A DNA stretch of 64,000 nt, counting the filler, from Dimargaris cristalligena (taxonomy: Eukaryota), in NCBI GenBank assembly GCA_003614675.1. It is 8 parts of 8 records of this genome, joined end to end, with 100 filler letters (N's around TTAATTAATTAA, not from the genome) between each part and the next. Parts side by side here need not be neighbours in the genome. Positions count along the whole stretch, not along the records: positions 1 to 8,155 come from ML003351.1; positions 8,256 to 16,398 come from ML003352.1; 6 more parts are not named here. One strand, 5' to 3'. Shown here in pieces: positions 1 through 13,351 of this stretch. Under the pieces are notes generated by a model. That model was not told the DNA's origin and ran no database searches. It saw only the letters and a program-made list of their open reading frames with translations. A program made the translations under genes and the position numbers. Numbering within the stretch: the stretch's first letter is position 1; every line of letters begins with the position of its first letter.

Positions 1-36
1 GCCAACATGGTTAGGCCCATGAGGTCATGTGCTTAC

Positions 37-274
37 CTACAGGGAGTCGACTCCGTGATGACACGGAGCGCTGACCGAATGTGTTACGAGGACCATGCGC
101 AGTGGGGTTGCCAGAGATCAATGGGGAAGTGTAGCGACTTGAAAGCCGGGCAATTGTGGTAAGGAAGGTCCGACTGGGTGACCATGGTTGACGCAAGCTA
201 CCGGCGAATGCTCGTTGGGATAGGGCCCCGCGGATGGAGAGGGGAACGGCCATGCTTAGCTTAGGCGGTGACAT
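37..274 (-). CDS. First exon of a gene running off the window start; probable mitochondrial-targeted protein
   Basis: ATG at 274. The reading frame is Arg/Ser-rich with no acidic residues, like a presequence, and is followed by a GTAAGC donor at 36. Product not identifiable. Confidence 0.5.
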
Positions 275-1470
275 GGTTCAATTGGGGGAAGTGAATAGGT
301 AGACGTACTGAAGTAGGGTCTTGAAGAAATGCAAAAGGGAAACCTATTTAATGGAAGCCCGGAAGGACGTAAGGAAGGTGGAGGGATAACATTGGGGTGG
401 GCGGGTCTCAAACTATAGTAGTCAGAAAGCAGTTAGTTTTATAGCTTAATATGGGACCCTCGGCCCCAGTGGCTAAGGCGCAGAGGTCCAACTGAGCGAC
501 TCGGTGTACCAAAAACTTAGAAACCCAAGGTCAATGGGGAAGGGGAATAAGCAACAGTATCCGTATCAACTCGAAGCTGTGCCCAATTATCTTTGGTTGG
601 CGCGGCATCATCTTCCTTTAGAAAACCATCTACCGAATACTGCAGCGGCAATTACGTGTGGACTCCAGAACAGGGCCTTTAGTAAGCCATAAGTGTATTA
701 GGGAAATGTGTTTCATTGAGCACACAATGGATGTGGAATACGCTCCTATATTCCTATTCAGGGACTACAATTTGCTATTTACTATGGCGTGCACCATTCC
801 GTTTGCTCGCGGGCCGGAATAGTAGCTGGCTTCAAGCCCCACACTGGCACCACCATTCGAGCATTCATCCATAGCAGATACACAGTGGGCTGTGCTCTTC
901 ACAACAAAGCCTTCTTAGATTGGCCACCATCCCTAGACCTGCCAGAAGCCCCTGCCCAAGAACCCTTCTCCGACACCTATCTGAACTCCTCTGTCACACC
1001 ACCGCTCCGCTGGGTCGGGTGACGGGGCCCACCTCCTTAGAACTGTCCCCGGACGGTAGATGATCGGATATTAAGTTGATTTTTATTAATAGTGATATAG
1101 AGAGTACCATTGGCTATTCGAGTATACACCCGACTGATACCAATGGTATGGCGAATAGATGCAATCGGGATGATAAGTGCCCATAATCGAGCTAAAAAAC
1201 GACAAAAGTGTCGAATATCGAGAGTGCACACATAAATGCACCCAAAATATCCGAGCACTTAGTGTACATTTGGATAAAAGCAATGCTTCCAAATCAAAGG
1301 ACGACGGATACAAAGTTTAAAATGGTAAAGGAAGGGGTTGATATGATAATGTAAAAAAAGAAACCATACTGGTCTTGGTCCCGCTTCGGGTTACAAATAC
1401 TATAGCCGCACGTCGATCTAATGGGGTATATAGTTCGTTGTTACTAGCGACCACACTTCCCAAAATTTCC

Positions 1471-4400
1471 TCAGAAATAGTTGTAGTTTTGGGTCAGGGG
1501 CAGTTCGGCCACGGGGTCGCAGACACAGGGCACGCCGTCGGCGGTGACCCGGTACGTTTCGGGGTCCACGATCACATGGGGCAGGGCGCTGTTGAACTTC
1601 AAGTCGGACTTGCTGATATTGCGACAGTTGCGGACCGGTTCGAATTTCTTGCTGACGTTGTATCGGGTGGTGATGTTATTCGGTACCTTGGGATCCACCG
1701 ACACCTGGCTGACAAACATTACCGAGTTGAAGGCCGCGGCTTTGGGAAGGGCGCCGAACATGGGGCGAAGGTTGACCGGCTGGGTCGTGGGGATGGAGGC
1801 ATTGGCGTCGCCCATGACCGACCACGCGATGGTACCCCCCTTGATCACCATGTAGGGCCGGGTGCCGAAGAACCGCGGTTCGTACATGACCAAGTCGGCC
1901 AGTTTGCCCACTTCAACAGAACCGATAATATGGCTGATTCCGTGCGTGATGGCGGGGTTAATGGTGTACTTGGACACGTATCGCTTAATACGGAAATTGT
2001 CATGGGGTTCGGAGTGGAAAATGGGATGGTCGTGCTCATGCGCTGGGTGCGTGTCGGCGGGGCTTTTGGTTTCACTCTGTTTCGGGGGCTTAGCAGCGGC
2101 AGTATTCTTCTTCGCCTTATTACTGCTATTCGAAGATTTAGTCGCGGGAGCCTTGCTTCCATTCGAAGATTTAGCCGCGGGAGTTGCGGGAGCCTTGACT
2201 GGGGTGGGCTCATCCGGAGCCAGGTAGCCGCGCTGGACCTTCATTTTGTGGGCCGTCCGCCAAGTACGGGAAATCACCTCCCCGACCCGCCCCATGGCCT
2301 GACTATCCGACGAGAGCATACTAATGGCCCCTTGGTCGTGCAGTACGTCCTCGGCCGCGATGGTTTCGGCGCGGATGCGGGATTCCGCAAAGGCCACGTC
2401 CTCAGGGATGTTCTTACTCAAGTGGTGGCACACCATTAACATGTCAATGTGTTCGTCTAGGGTGTTCAGGGTATAGGGCCGGGTGGGGCTCGTCGACGAC
2501 GGAAGCACGTGGGGCACCCCGACCACCTTAATAATATCGGGCGCGTGCCCTCCCCCCGCCCCTTCAGTGTGGTACGTGTGGATCGCGCGACCTTTGAAAG
2601 CGGCCACCGTGGCTTCCACAAACCCCGCCTCGTTGAGGGTGTCCGTATGAATGGCCGCTTGCACGTCGTAAGTTTCGCACACGGAAAGACAGGCATCGAT
2701 GGCCGCGGGAGTGGCCCCGCAGTCCTCGTGGAGCTTCAACCCGAGGGCCCCCGCTTCGATTTGCTCAATCAGGCCCTCGGGCGCCGAAGTATTGCCCTTC
2801 CCCGTGAACCCAAAGTTAAGCGGGAGCGTGTCGGTCGCTTCAATCATGAATTGTATATAGAAACTACCCGGAGTACAGGTAACCGCGTTAGTGCAGGTCG
2901 ACGGTCCCACGCCGCCCCCGATCATGGTGGTTAAGCCGCTGGCAATAGCCTGGTGGACACAATCAAGAGATATCCATATAGCGCGCCGTCAAAACAAACG
3001 CAATGGAGTAGGGTTAGCGAGGGTGTGAATTAGTAGGTGGATAAAGGTTCAAAAATATAGAGAAATCGCAGTCGGTGTAATGGAATATACCAAGTGTACT
3101 ACTTACCTCATCGCATTGGCCGAGTCCGATGAAGTGAACGTGCGTATCAATCCCCCCCGCGGTAATAATTTTGCCCTCTCCGCCGATAACGTCGGTGGTT
3201 ACTCCGACAATCATACCATCGGTCACGCCTTCCATTACATCGGGGTTGCCGGCCTTGCCGATTCCGACGATTTTACCCTTAATGATACCAATGTCGGCCT
3301 AGAGGAGGGGGAGTGTGTGGAAATAATAAAGTAATACCGAAGTTAGCCTAACCTAAATCAATGTCATTCGAATCGTCCCGCTGGCTGGGATTAGAGCCAG
3401 TCGCACCTATGCAGGCCTACCCCCCACTTAAAAAAAAACACCAAAACCACATTTACCTTGTAAATGCCGGTGTAGTCCACGATAAGGGCGTTAGTAATGA
3501 CCAAGTCGAGGGCCACGCCGTCCTTGACCCCGACGTTCGAGCCCATGCCCTCCCGAAGCACCTTGCCGCCCCCGAATTTACACTCATCGCCGTACTTGGT
3601 GCAGTCTCGTTCCACTTCCAAGATTAGGGCCGTGTCCCCCAGGCGGACTCGGTCACCCGTGGTGGGGCCGAACATATCGGCGTACGTGTGCCGATCCATA
3701 ATGTGGGGCTGGATGGTGGCATTGGAGTCGTTCTTCGTTTTCGGCTGGAAGAAGTGCTTGAACCCTTGGGCGGCAATGCGGTCCTTAAGCGCGGCCAAGT
3801 TCTTGGCGGACCGGTTGACCGGGCCGGTAGCTAGGTGGTTGCCACCCCGGATGACCCGGTGTCCGGCAATATCTATCGTGGTGACAGTCTTCGATTCGCC
3901 CGGCTCGAAACGGACCGCTGTCCCAGCAGGAATATCCAGTCGTTTGCCATAGGCCAGAATACGGTCAAACTGAAGGAACGCATTGGCCTCAACCAGATGG
4001 AAGTGTGAGCCCACCTAAATAAACCGACGTGTAATTGGAATTGGAGTTGGAAAAGGGTGTAATAGCAAAGCATGTTAGACCAGTCGGAATAAAAGCTGGT
4101 TGAGTGGCGCGCGAGGGGGGATACTTCAATAATAGGGGTCCTACTCACCACCACCCCCTCTCCCCGCACACCTTGAGTTAACTATGGGCCATATAGACTG
4201 AGATGCATCCAATAGTCTGTGGAATGATGGTATTAGCAGTCACGCCATCTCGACCACAGTCCCGCGGATACTGCGTTGGATACTGCAAAGAAAGGGACAA
4301 TAGTCAAGGCAGGCCTTACCTGGATCGGTCGGTCCCCAGTATTAGTCACCAGTAGGCGGCAGCGTTCCCGTCCGGGGTTCAAAGGGATGGTGGAACCGCG

Positions 4401-4838
4401 CAAGAACACGGCGCCGGGCTGCAAGTCCGGGTGGTACAGCTTCTCGATATCGGCATTCCAAGGGAACGCGGTATCATTGTCGGGTATCGGTAGGAAGGAG
4501 CCGAGCAGAGCCATGTGGATATTGCCATTCTGCGAGGCGATGGGCTTGGTGACGGTGACCAGAAACGTGCCACTCGGAACGGTTCCCTCTACTTGGACGT
4601 CTTCGAGTCCCGAAGGAACGGAGGGCATGACATGGCGGTAGCCCAGAAACTGGCGGCCCAGTTGCATGAGCTCGGCCACGCTATGCTTGCCATCCCGCAT
4701 GAGCTCCAGGATTTGGGTAGCAATGAGGGCCGTGGCCTCGGCCTGGTTCAGACGAATACCTCGGGCCAGGCGGTGCTGGGCCAAGCGGCCGGCCTGAATG
4801 AGCGGGAGCTTGTCGAGTTCGCGCGGTAGGAGATGCAT
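1471..4838 (-). CDS. URE1: Urease, eukaryotic single-chain gamma-beta-alpha fusion; 4 exons (4838-4320, 4014-3457, 3298-3107, 2949-1471), about 915 aa
   Basis: Motifs [66 protein letters not shown] and SSDSQAMGR. All three GT-AG introns keep the frame. Confidence 0.97.
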
Positions 4839-6839
4839 GGTAAGTTACGAGAACCAACGGTGAAAGGGAATATGTAGGGCGAAAGTGGTCAAAGGAGTGA
4901 AGAGAGTAGGCGGGGTGGGGAGGGTATTTGGCCAGTCCAAATGTACCAGCGGAAGTTCAACTCTATGGCGGCTATTGAAAAAAAGAGGGGGGTAGTTGTC
5001 CGTATACAAGGGGGAAATAGCAGTTGGGAGGATATTCGATGGCACGCTTCAACCAGGGCAGCTGGGGCTAGGGGGTGAGGTGAGTACACTGGTCGAGGTT
5101 AAGGGAAGCAGGAGGTCGGCTGGACAGGGCTATCAACATTAATCCTGTTTATTGGGCCCTGATCTACTATGGCAATTCCCAAGTAGTCGTTTGGCACAGA
5201 TTATCGTGCAAAGCAGCGACGGGCCCGCATTACTGTCTTCTAAACCTCGTCTGGGCCGGTATTCAATGGGAATCTCCAGCGAGCATTTCAATTCACCCAC
5301 GTCAAGACAAGGGTAGCTGATGCGAATTACAGCCCTTCCAAATGGTTATGCAGGTGTCGTCGATTTATCTGTGGTATTGCAGATGCAAGATTTAGGGGGG
5401 TCGACAGTATGGGTAGACACCCCATCTGGCCTTCACTTACAACAGTTGCAATCAATGGTGTTTGTGGTTGGGGATTCTACCGTACAGTACTGGATAAATC
5501 AGTGTCGGTAATACTACAGGTGGACCCACTATAAATCTATATCGCTCAAAAGGCATGTCTAGTAGGCAACCCCTGAATTGGATGGTGAATTCAAGAAGAT
5601 AACTGTAGTTTACAACGGTAGCTTTTCGACCGTGCGCCCCCGGAAAGCTAATAACAAAATATATAAGCCAAACGCGCTAAGGGCTGTCGCTCTAGAGTTG
5701 CGAAGTACATCGCGCGGCCACGTAATCGGATGGCCACTGCACTTAGAACTATTCCTTTATAAGAATAAATGGCGGCCAACCACCCTCCTTTAGTGGCGGA
5801 CATGGCGAATGGTTGTATATACGAGCCTAGCCCAATATAGGAGGGACTACCAGGCTCAATCGTAAGGCTGAAGGGTGGCAGGCAAGTATGTCTCATTTGA
5901 AAAATGGCCATCGGCATTTATACAATAGTTAGAAACACTGGTCTTTGCCGTAGCCAATAACTGAACATAAATAAAACGGAAAAACGATAACATAAATAGT
6001 GATCGCCATTCAATGTGGGGCCAACCAGAGCCTTCTCATCTAGATCACTATTTGTTAGGCAGAGGTGCCGCCGCTTGGCTGGATACAGCTCAGTCAGATA
6101 ATTTAAATAGGGTCATTGTAGCTTAGTTAATCTATAGCTAACTGTAGGCCACCAAAATAAATATAAAACACGCCTTTACAGGGCCCCAGCGGGCTGTCAC
6201 AGTCCTGTCGCACCAATACCATTGATCTGTAATAGAAAAAAATGCTAAGATGCAGTAGTAATTATCATAAATAAACAAATAGAAAACCGATGCCCCGTTC
6301 GATTGCATACAGTAGAAAGTATCGCTAATCGTATCTAATCATGTTATAGTAGTCGAGAAGTCAGATCACCTCTTATAAAAGAATTAAGTTTTAGGATATT
6401 TATCATAAAAATGGGGGGATGATGCTATATTAATATCCCCATTAGACATAATTATATTATGTAACTAATACTGTGCTCCATAGAGCTCATTCGAGAAATA
6501 TGATACTTATTGAGGCTAATTCAAAAACTAGGAACATAAGTGATTAGTAACAGTTGTGATAAACAACAACTTAAAATCCTCACAAGGGAGCATCGAATAG
6601 GTACTAACTAGGGTAGATCCCTTATCAACTGGTATATAATATTGATAGGTATAACACATATAAAAAAGGCATCATTGTATGTAGTGCTGATAAGACCAGG
6701 AGCCTGGGTTTGCCAGTGGAGTCATTACATTTAATACTAGAATAGACAGTTGTCAGGTGTGCTGCCATGGGCAGCTGGGCCGAGGCCACGTAAGCACCAG
6801 CACTAGTTACCAAGCCAGAAAGTAGTAATACTTTGGATG

Positions 6840-8155
6840 GATTTGAGGTTTTAGGACAACTGATGAGCTGATTCCATGGGAACAGTCCAGGGCCAGACTT
6901 TTTATTTTTGTTTCTTTATGCTAGCTGATTCTCCTTTCCTTCAGCCTTCCAACTTATACTTCTATTTGCTTTTCCGTTTATTATTAACAAAGTTATAGGT
7001 CATCAACATCAATGGTAACTTTAACCCATGAGGATTAACCACTTCATATCAATATTTTTATTATTTGATGATCTATTTATGAGTGAGGCTTGGGAATAAC
7101 CAGTCTCTGGCAGGTTCCTTCTTGGAATTACAACATATAACTATGTAGCATGTATTCCTTTGATTGGTTTTATCAATATCCGACATGAAGGAGGACTAGG
7201 AAGACTGTGTCCTCCAACCTTCCAATTTCTATAATTTACTTCCATTTAACATATTCATGACCATAGTTTAGCCAGTAGGTCAATTTTTTCCCTATAGCAG
7301 GTTTTTTTATGACCTATAATTATCACAGTTATTATTATTATCTATAGTTATTTAGTTTGGTTGTTTTCTTATAAATACCTTAGCAGCATCCCCTCAGTTG
7401 AAGGGACAAGTTAAATTTGAGACATGTGTTTTTGTGATATGTTATTTTCGATATAAGCCTCTATTACTCAGAATAAATATTTGTATTAACTTTACCAGAT
7501 GATTACTCTTTATCCAGTTTTATTTGATTATTATTTACCACTACTCCTATTTGTATTACTTTATTATCTTTTAGTTTGAAGTTTTGGTATCTCTAAATAC
7601 TGAATTGTTTATAAAGTTTTTATTTTATTTTATTTCTCTTAACAACTGACAATGTAAGACAACAACATGTGACAATGGATGACAGAGAACTCAGTGGTGA
7701 CTTCCCCAAAGCTACCTCAGTCTTGACCCCCTCAAAACTGATCAAGCCCAACCCTCTGCACCACTCAACTAAGAAAGGTGAACTGTCTGGGGAAAGTAAA
7801 TGGGAGATTCCTCCCTCTGCTAACCCTCCCAAGGATGACCCCGCAGAGCCCCTCAAAAGGTTGGCATTACATCAGGTACCTAAATGGGTACTAGGTGACT
7901 ACAGATATAACTATTGGTGAGGCCCAGTTTAATATGTAATATCATATCTCATAAAATTGGTGCAGTATATTTATCACACAACTTAAATGCCCACATAGTT
8001 AATATTCAGATAAAATTATGTTAGGTATGTATCATTATTATGAGTAGTAAGTACATTACCCTCCAAAGATTTTAAAGGCTTGTGACTGTTCTCTCTTTCA
8101 ATGCCTTGGCTCACAATACTCCAGAATATCGATTTTTGGAGTATTGATGACCATC
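6840..8155. other. AT-rich, CpG-depleted tract; probable decayed repeat or transposon remnant
   Basis: About 5 CpG in about 1.3 kb by manual count. No identifiable ORF. Lies at a contig end. Confidence 0.4.
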
Positions 8156-8255
8156 NNNNNNNNNNNNNNNNNNNNNNNNNNNNNNNNNNNNNNNNNNNNT
8201 TAATTAATTAANNNNNNNNNNNNNNNNNNNNNNNNNNNNNNNNNNNNNNNNNNNN
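8156..8255. other. Artificial contig-joining spacer
   Basis: N run around TTAATTAATTAA (stops in all six frames), 100 nt. Confidence 0.99.
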
Positions 8256-8550
8256 CACATTCCCCCCCTACCTTTGGTTAGTTGTATTATGAGATAACTC
8301 AGAAAGCAGTAGTCACGTGATTATATTATCTTAGTTTATTTAGTAGTAATTTCTGTTGTGAGCGTTAAATGTACACCGTAAGCCTAGTTTTTTTTTCTTT
8401 GATTAAAATTTGGACTTACTTCAAGGGAATTCAACAAATTCCAAATGGGAGGGATAGAGACTTAGGAACTATTCAACTCATGCTTAGGACCATACACTCA
8501 GTGGCTCATCCCATTTTCTCATTTTATCACTTCTAGTCTACATTGCTACT

Positions 8551-11500
8551 ATGGTTAAGCGATCCAATAAGCGGAAGCGCGGTAAGCAGAGTCGACGACT
8601 TTATTTTGCCCCACGTAGTCCCAGGCTCACGTCACCCTAGCTTCGTTTCCGGCCCCAGAGCGACCTAGCGCAAGTTCAGAGCATTATCGACGGAAGTGGG
8701 GTACGGTTAAGGCTCTGAACTGGTGTGAGTGTCTCCCATGGGCCACCAAGGCGACCTTCTGACCCGTCCATAATTGCTACATAGCATAACCCGTTTCGCT
8801 ACTTTTCACTAATCGCATTACTCCCACGTCGTATTAAATATAATTTTCCTCCTACTACGGGACCCCGTTGAAATTAATATAGATGGAGAATCGGCCGAGG
8901 CTAAGCGCCTCTATGTGGGTGGCCTCGCCGAGGCCATCTCTGACGGCGACCTCGGAAACAAATTCAAAACATATGGTGAAGTTACTGGCGTCGAAATTAA
9001 GCGCGATAATTTAACTGGTAAGTAAACCTCCCATTGGCAATGAAGTCGGCTATTATAATGTAATATGTGCCCCGAACCACCATTTTAAATCAGAACAACC
9101 CGTCTCCTTGATTCTGACATACTAACCATTATAATTATACATCGTTTCGGGGCAATGGTTTATTAGGTCTACACCGTGGTTTCGGGTTTGTTGATATTAA
9201 AATCACACCTAGTCAATTGGCACATTGTAAGCATCATTTTTTCCATTTCGAGTCTCGGGTCGCAATTGATGACCCATCCTGTAAAGTGGGCGGTGGTTTG
9301 AATTGCATCGCATATCTGGCCTCAGTCGGAATATCAAACCTATTTCGGGTAGACTAAACTATATTACTCCCGCCCCCCTTTCTCTCCCTTTATATATATA
9401 TATATCTGACTAGGCGTCCGAACCCTTCATAATGCCCGGTGGCTTAAAAAGGACTTGATCGTCCAGGTGTCCAAACAAAGCGTGTTGTCGAAGTAAGTTA
9501 ACCGACTATTCTTGCGAACTATTTACGATTACCGAATTACCGTTTCTGAATACATAGGTTTTTGCCCATATATTATTTCTCGACTCATATTCACTTTTTT
9601 TTAGCCTACCCTTTCCTTCACTCAACCACTCTTTGCTAACGGGGTTCCCAAATCTAATGTGTCGCTATTATCACTATTTCCGCTCACCAGGGTTACGCTT
9701 GAACGGGACGCTTCAACACTACCGGAGAAACCCGTTAAACGCAATAAGGCTAAGCTCACTAACCCTTCCCAGCCGGTAATTGAAGAGGCTGCGGATATGA
9801 GTCTAGTGACCGATGATAATGCGCAGGATCGCAAGGGCTGGGAACAGAGTCGCTATGGCCGGGCGGTGGCCCGGATGCGCATGGAAAAGCCCGACGGAAC
9901 CTATATCACCTATGATCCCACCAAATACAAGAGCAACCTGGTCAAACTTTCGGGTCGGGACGTCGACAGTGCGCTACCCATTGGCTCGCTGCCCTGGAGT
10001 ATTGATGACCAGCTTGAAACCCCCGCCCACCGAGCTAGTTCTGAGTTGACTGCTACTAAAAATCCGGATGTACCGTCGGCAGTTCCTTCCATGTCGTCGA
10101 CGGAGTCCCAAGCCCATCCACGGACCGATTCGAAGAAATTGACCCAGGAGGAGCGAATCAAGGCGGCGGAGCTGAAACGGGTAGAGAGTCTGGCCCGGCG
10201 CTCGGAGTCGAAGTTTAGCCAGCGGCAGGTGATCCAGCAAGCCCTGCGGACAGCGGATGGAGGTCCCCAATCTGGTCCGTCGAAAAACAAAGTAGTATTC
10301 GAAAAGGACAGTAGTGACGACGACGATAGCGATGTTGTGACTGAGACTGGTCATGCTAAAGTCCCTACCAGAGTCGACACTGAAGATGATTATGACTCTT
10401 CGGATGACGACAGTCCCCGCCCAGATCAGCCAGGATTTGATGCGGCCGCTGCCGCCAAGGACCCCCGGTTCCAATTGGACCAGCCCCTTTTCGGTGGCAA
10501 ACGCAAGGCTTCCCCGGAATCCCAGGAGGAAAGCAAGCGTCGGGCTGGCGATGTAAGCGACGCGAATAGCGATACCGAGGGCAACTTCAACCTAGCCGCC
10601 GATCGGGCCCAAGCCCAAGACGTTTTACGGGCCATGTTCAGCGAATCGAAGGATGGCAAAGAGTCTTCCCGTGCTAGTTGGGGAGTGGGGGATGACCCAG
10701 CGACGATGGCGGCGGAGGCCGACGGCCCAACCCAGGAAGCGGTGGAATCCCACTACCTCTATTGGAAACCCATGGTCCGGTTCGACCCCGACGCCCCGGA
10801 CTGTACCGATCTGCTGTTACCCGGAGCGATGGAGGAAGAGGAGGAGGAGAAGGAAGAGGCTGAACTCATGGCAAAGAGTAGTGCCGCCAATGCCGTGGAT
10901 CCTTCGTTGCCTCCGCCCAAATTCGAAAATAAGCCGCTCCCTGCGGTGGACACGGCCCGGAAATTTGCTATCCAATCCGATTTGCGGTCCCTCTTTGGCC
11001 GCTCGGAAACCCGAGGCGATGAAGGGGAAAGTGAGGACGCCGGGGGTCTTGGGTTTTCCTTGTTAGCGGGAGTGGATGATGACGACTTTACGGATTTACC
11101 CGTGGAAGTGGTCGAAAAAACAGAGACTCAAGAACCTGGATGGCAGGGAACCAAGGTAAGTCTATCAGAAAGTGAAAAAACAAATCAAAATGTAGCTGCA
11201 AGATCTCAGTTTATGGTTTCTAGCAATCAGTACATGTTTATGCAATAATTGTCACTACTGAAACTGATCATTTGCTGAACTTATTGTTTTTACAACTCCA
11301 ATTCTTGTTATCCGTTTTTTGTAGGGTCGTACGGACAAGACTGCCGCCAACGACATTGAAACGCAGCGAATCCTGCCGAACTTCATGTTCTTCTTCCATC
11401 ATAACAACACCAATCTCGCTGACCGGTAAGTTCCCCACCTCCTTCGATTCCCGTCAAGGGGGACGATTGCTCAACCCTTCCCCACCGAGTATTCAGTGGA

Positions 11501-12060
11501 TAGTATAACATGGTTTGTCTACGTAGCAAGGATCCGCTGGTTGCATTTAGGCATCTACTTACTTTATAGCATTACTTAACCTAAACAATTTCCGTGATTG
11601 TCTTGTACTACTGACCTTGCCTTTGTATAGATCCTATTACCAAGAAAATGAAACCAAATCAATTTTCCCTGTTCCCGAGGACATGTAAGTATTCGGCACG
11701 GGTTTTAATATTATTTTGGCTGATTGGATGAGTATTAACCGGCTAATGTCACGTATTGTTCTTAGCATAGATCCATTTGTTTGAAAACCTGCCCCTATTG
11801 CGCTATAGGGGTCCAATGTAAACGTGAACTACACCCTAGAATATATATTATAATATTATGATTTTGCTAATCGATTATTCGTTACATTTTCAATCCACTT
11901 GACCATGCCTGGGGCGAAATGCACACTTTTAATATTTAGGTTCTCTTTGAAACAAGCGTTGAACCGACAGAACAAAACCGCCGTCCGCCGCACGTTTATG
12001 CGGAAATTGCGTTTGGCTGCCAATAGCCGTCGGAAGAATCTCGCTAGCATTAAGGCATAG
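8551..12060 (+). CDS. NOL8: Nucleolar protein 8-like (N-terminal RRM, acidic middle, basic C-terminus); about 8 exons
   Basis: Exons 8551-8581, 8883-9017, 9167-9226, 9414-9492, 9691-11155 and three short 3' exons splice in frame. They give KRLYVGGL...KFKTYGEV...RGFGFVDI...LHNARW (NOL8-type RRM), then FMFFFH and a basic helix ending at TAG 12060. Confidence 0.8.
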
Positions 12061-12509
12061 GGAGAGGTAGTCCATGGGTCAAGATATGCCTGTCCGAGTA
12101 GCTGGTTTAATTAGTCGTTGGCCAGACATATCCCTTGGGTCCACTGCCGAATGAATAACGATTGGACGTGGGAGGAGAATTGTAGCAAGTGGATGACATT
12201 ATAAATGATATTTTTTTATGTTTGGAATGGCTTATTGAAGCAATAAAATACTCGGGCTTTCTACTTTGATGCTCTTGCTTTAATTTTTAGCGCCATATTA
12301 TAGAATTCCTTCAGTTACACTATGAGCCTTACATGCCATCTCACAGTATTGTAGTATCGAAATACAAATGGGGGCGTCTAAGCGCAAGTGTCAAATTGGG
12401 GACGGGTATATAAGGGGTTTTTAGTAAAAAATATATTGATAGTAGCTGAGAAACACCAAGGGGATGTTTGCGGGGGTACTTATATGCGGGGATGCCCCGG
12501 GCAAGTCAC

Positions 12510-13153
12510 TCAGGAGTAGTAAAGATGGCACCAACCTGTACCAGTAGGTACTCGGAATACTCTAATGGTAGTGGGTGAAGATTTCGGATCAACAGTAAGA
12601 GTATAGTAGAGGTGTCCTTCGAGCGGTGGTTGAGGTCGGAGGTAATGTTTATCATGGTACCCGGTTTTACCATAGAAAACATAGTCTGACACAATAATGC
12701 TTAGTATTAGCGAATGACTTGGTCACAGTCGTATAGATTATCTTGCATGGTAGACTGAAATCTAATGCAACTAACCCAAGTTGGGCTTGGTAGGGGTGGA
12801 TAACTTAATTTTACTAGAGTAAATGTTGCTGTTAATAAGAGCTGAATGTGGATAAAATCTAAATGTTAAGAGGCATTGCGTATAAGGAACTGAATGGCCC
12901 CTCAATTAAAGGCAATAGACTGTGGAATTACGTCTGGCTAAGGGTGATCTGTGGTGATGGAAAGCCTCTGCGACGTTTAGTTACGTGCAGCTGATCTAAC
13001 AGCACGTTATTACCCGGCCAGAGATATTCGTCCACTTCAAGGTGGTTTGCTTCGAGGAGTTTCATGGCTGCTGAGCGACGGACGCGAATAGCCAATTTGG
13101 GGGTTTTGCTAGAGGCCCTGTGCGGGTACACAAATCCACCGGCTGCCATATCA
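12510..13153 (-). CDS. Possible additional 3' exons, perhaps belonging to the upstream F-box gene
   Basis: Short ORFs 13149-12928 and 12692-12510 are each preceded by a YAG acceptor and a branch-like CTAA motif. The join to upstream exons was not resolved. Confidence 0.25.
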
Positions 13154-13351
13154 CTAAGGATATATTAGTCCATATACCTATTCCCATTATGTGTTGGAAA
13201 TATAAGTTTGATGGTAAACGCAAGTGCCTTCAGATACAACTAAAACAATTCAAAGAAGAGAGAAAGAACCGCAAGGGGCAAAGCTAGATGCCCACGGTTG
13301 GTTTTATTGAATTGAATAATAGCAGTAATAACGATTAGGACGAAGTTCCAG

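Noticed and set aside
452..510. tRNA-like A-box (CAGTGGCTAAGGCG)
   Set aside because: No B-box, T-arm or cloverleaf could be built.
1375..2439. Long antisense ORFs over urease, and likewise 34989-35852, 47633-48187 and 58147-58812
   Set aside because: These are shadow frames produced by codon bias in real genes on the opposite strand.
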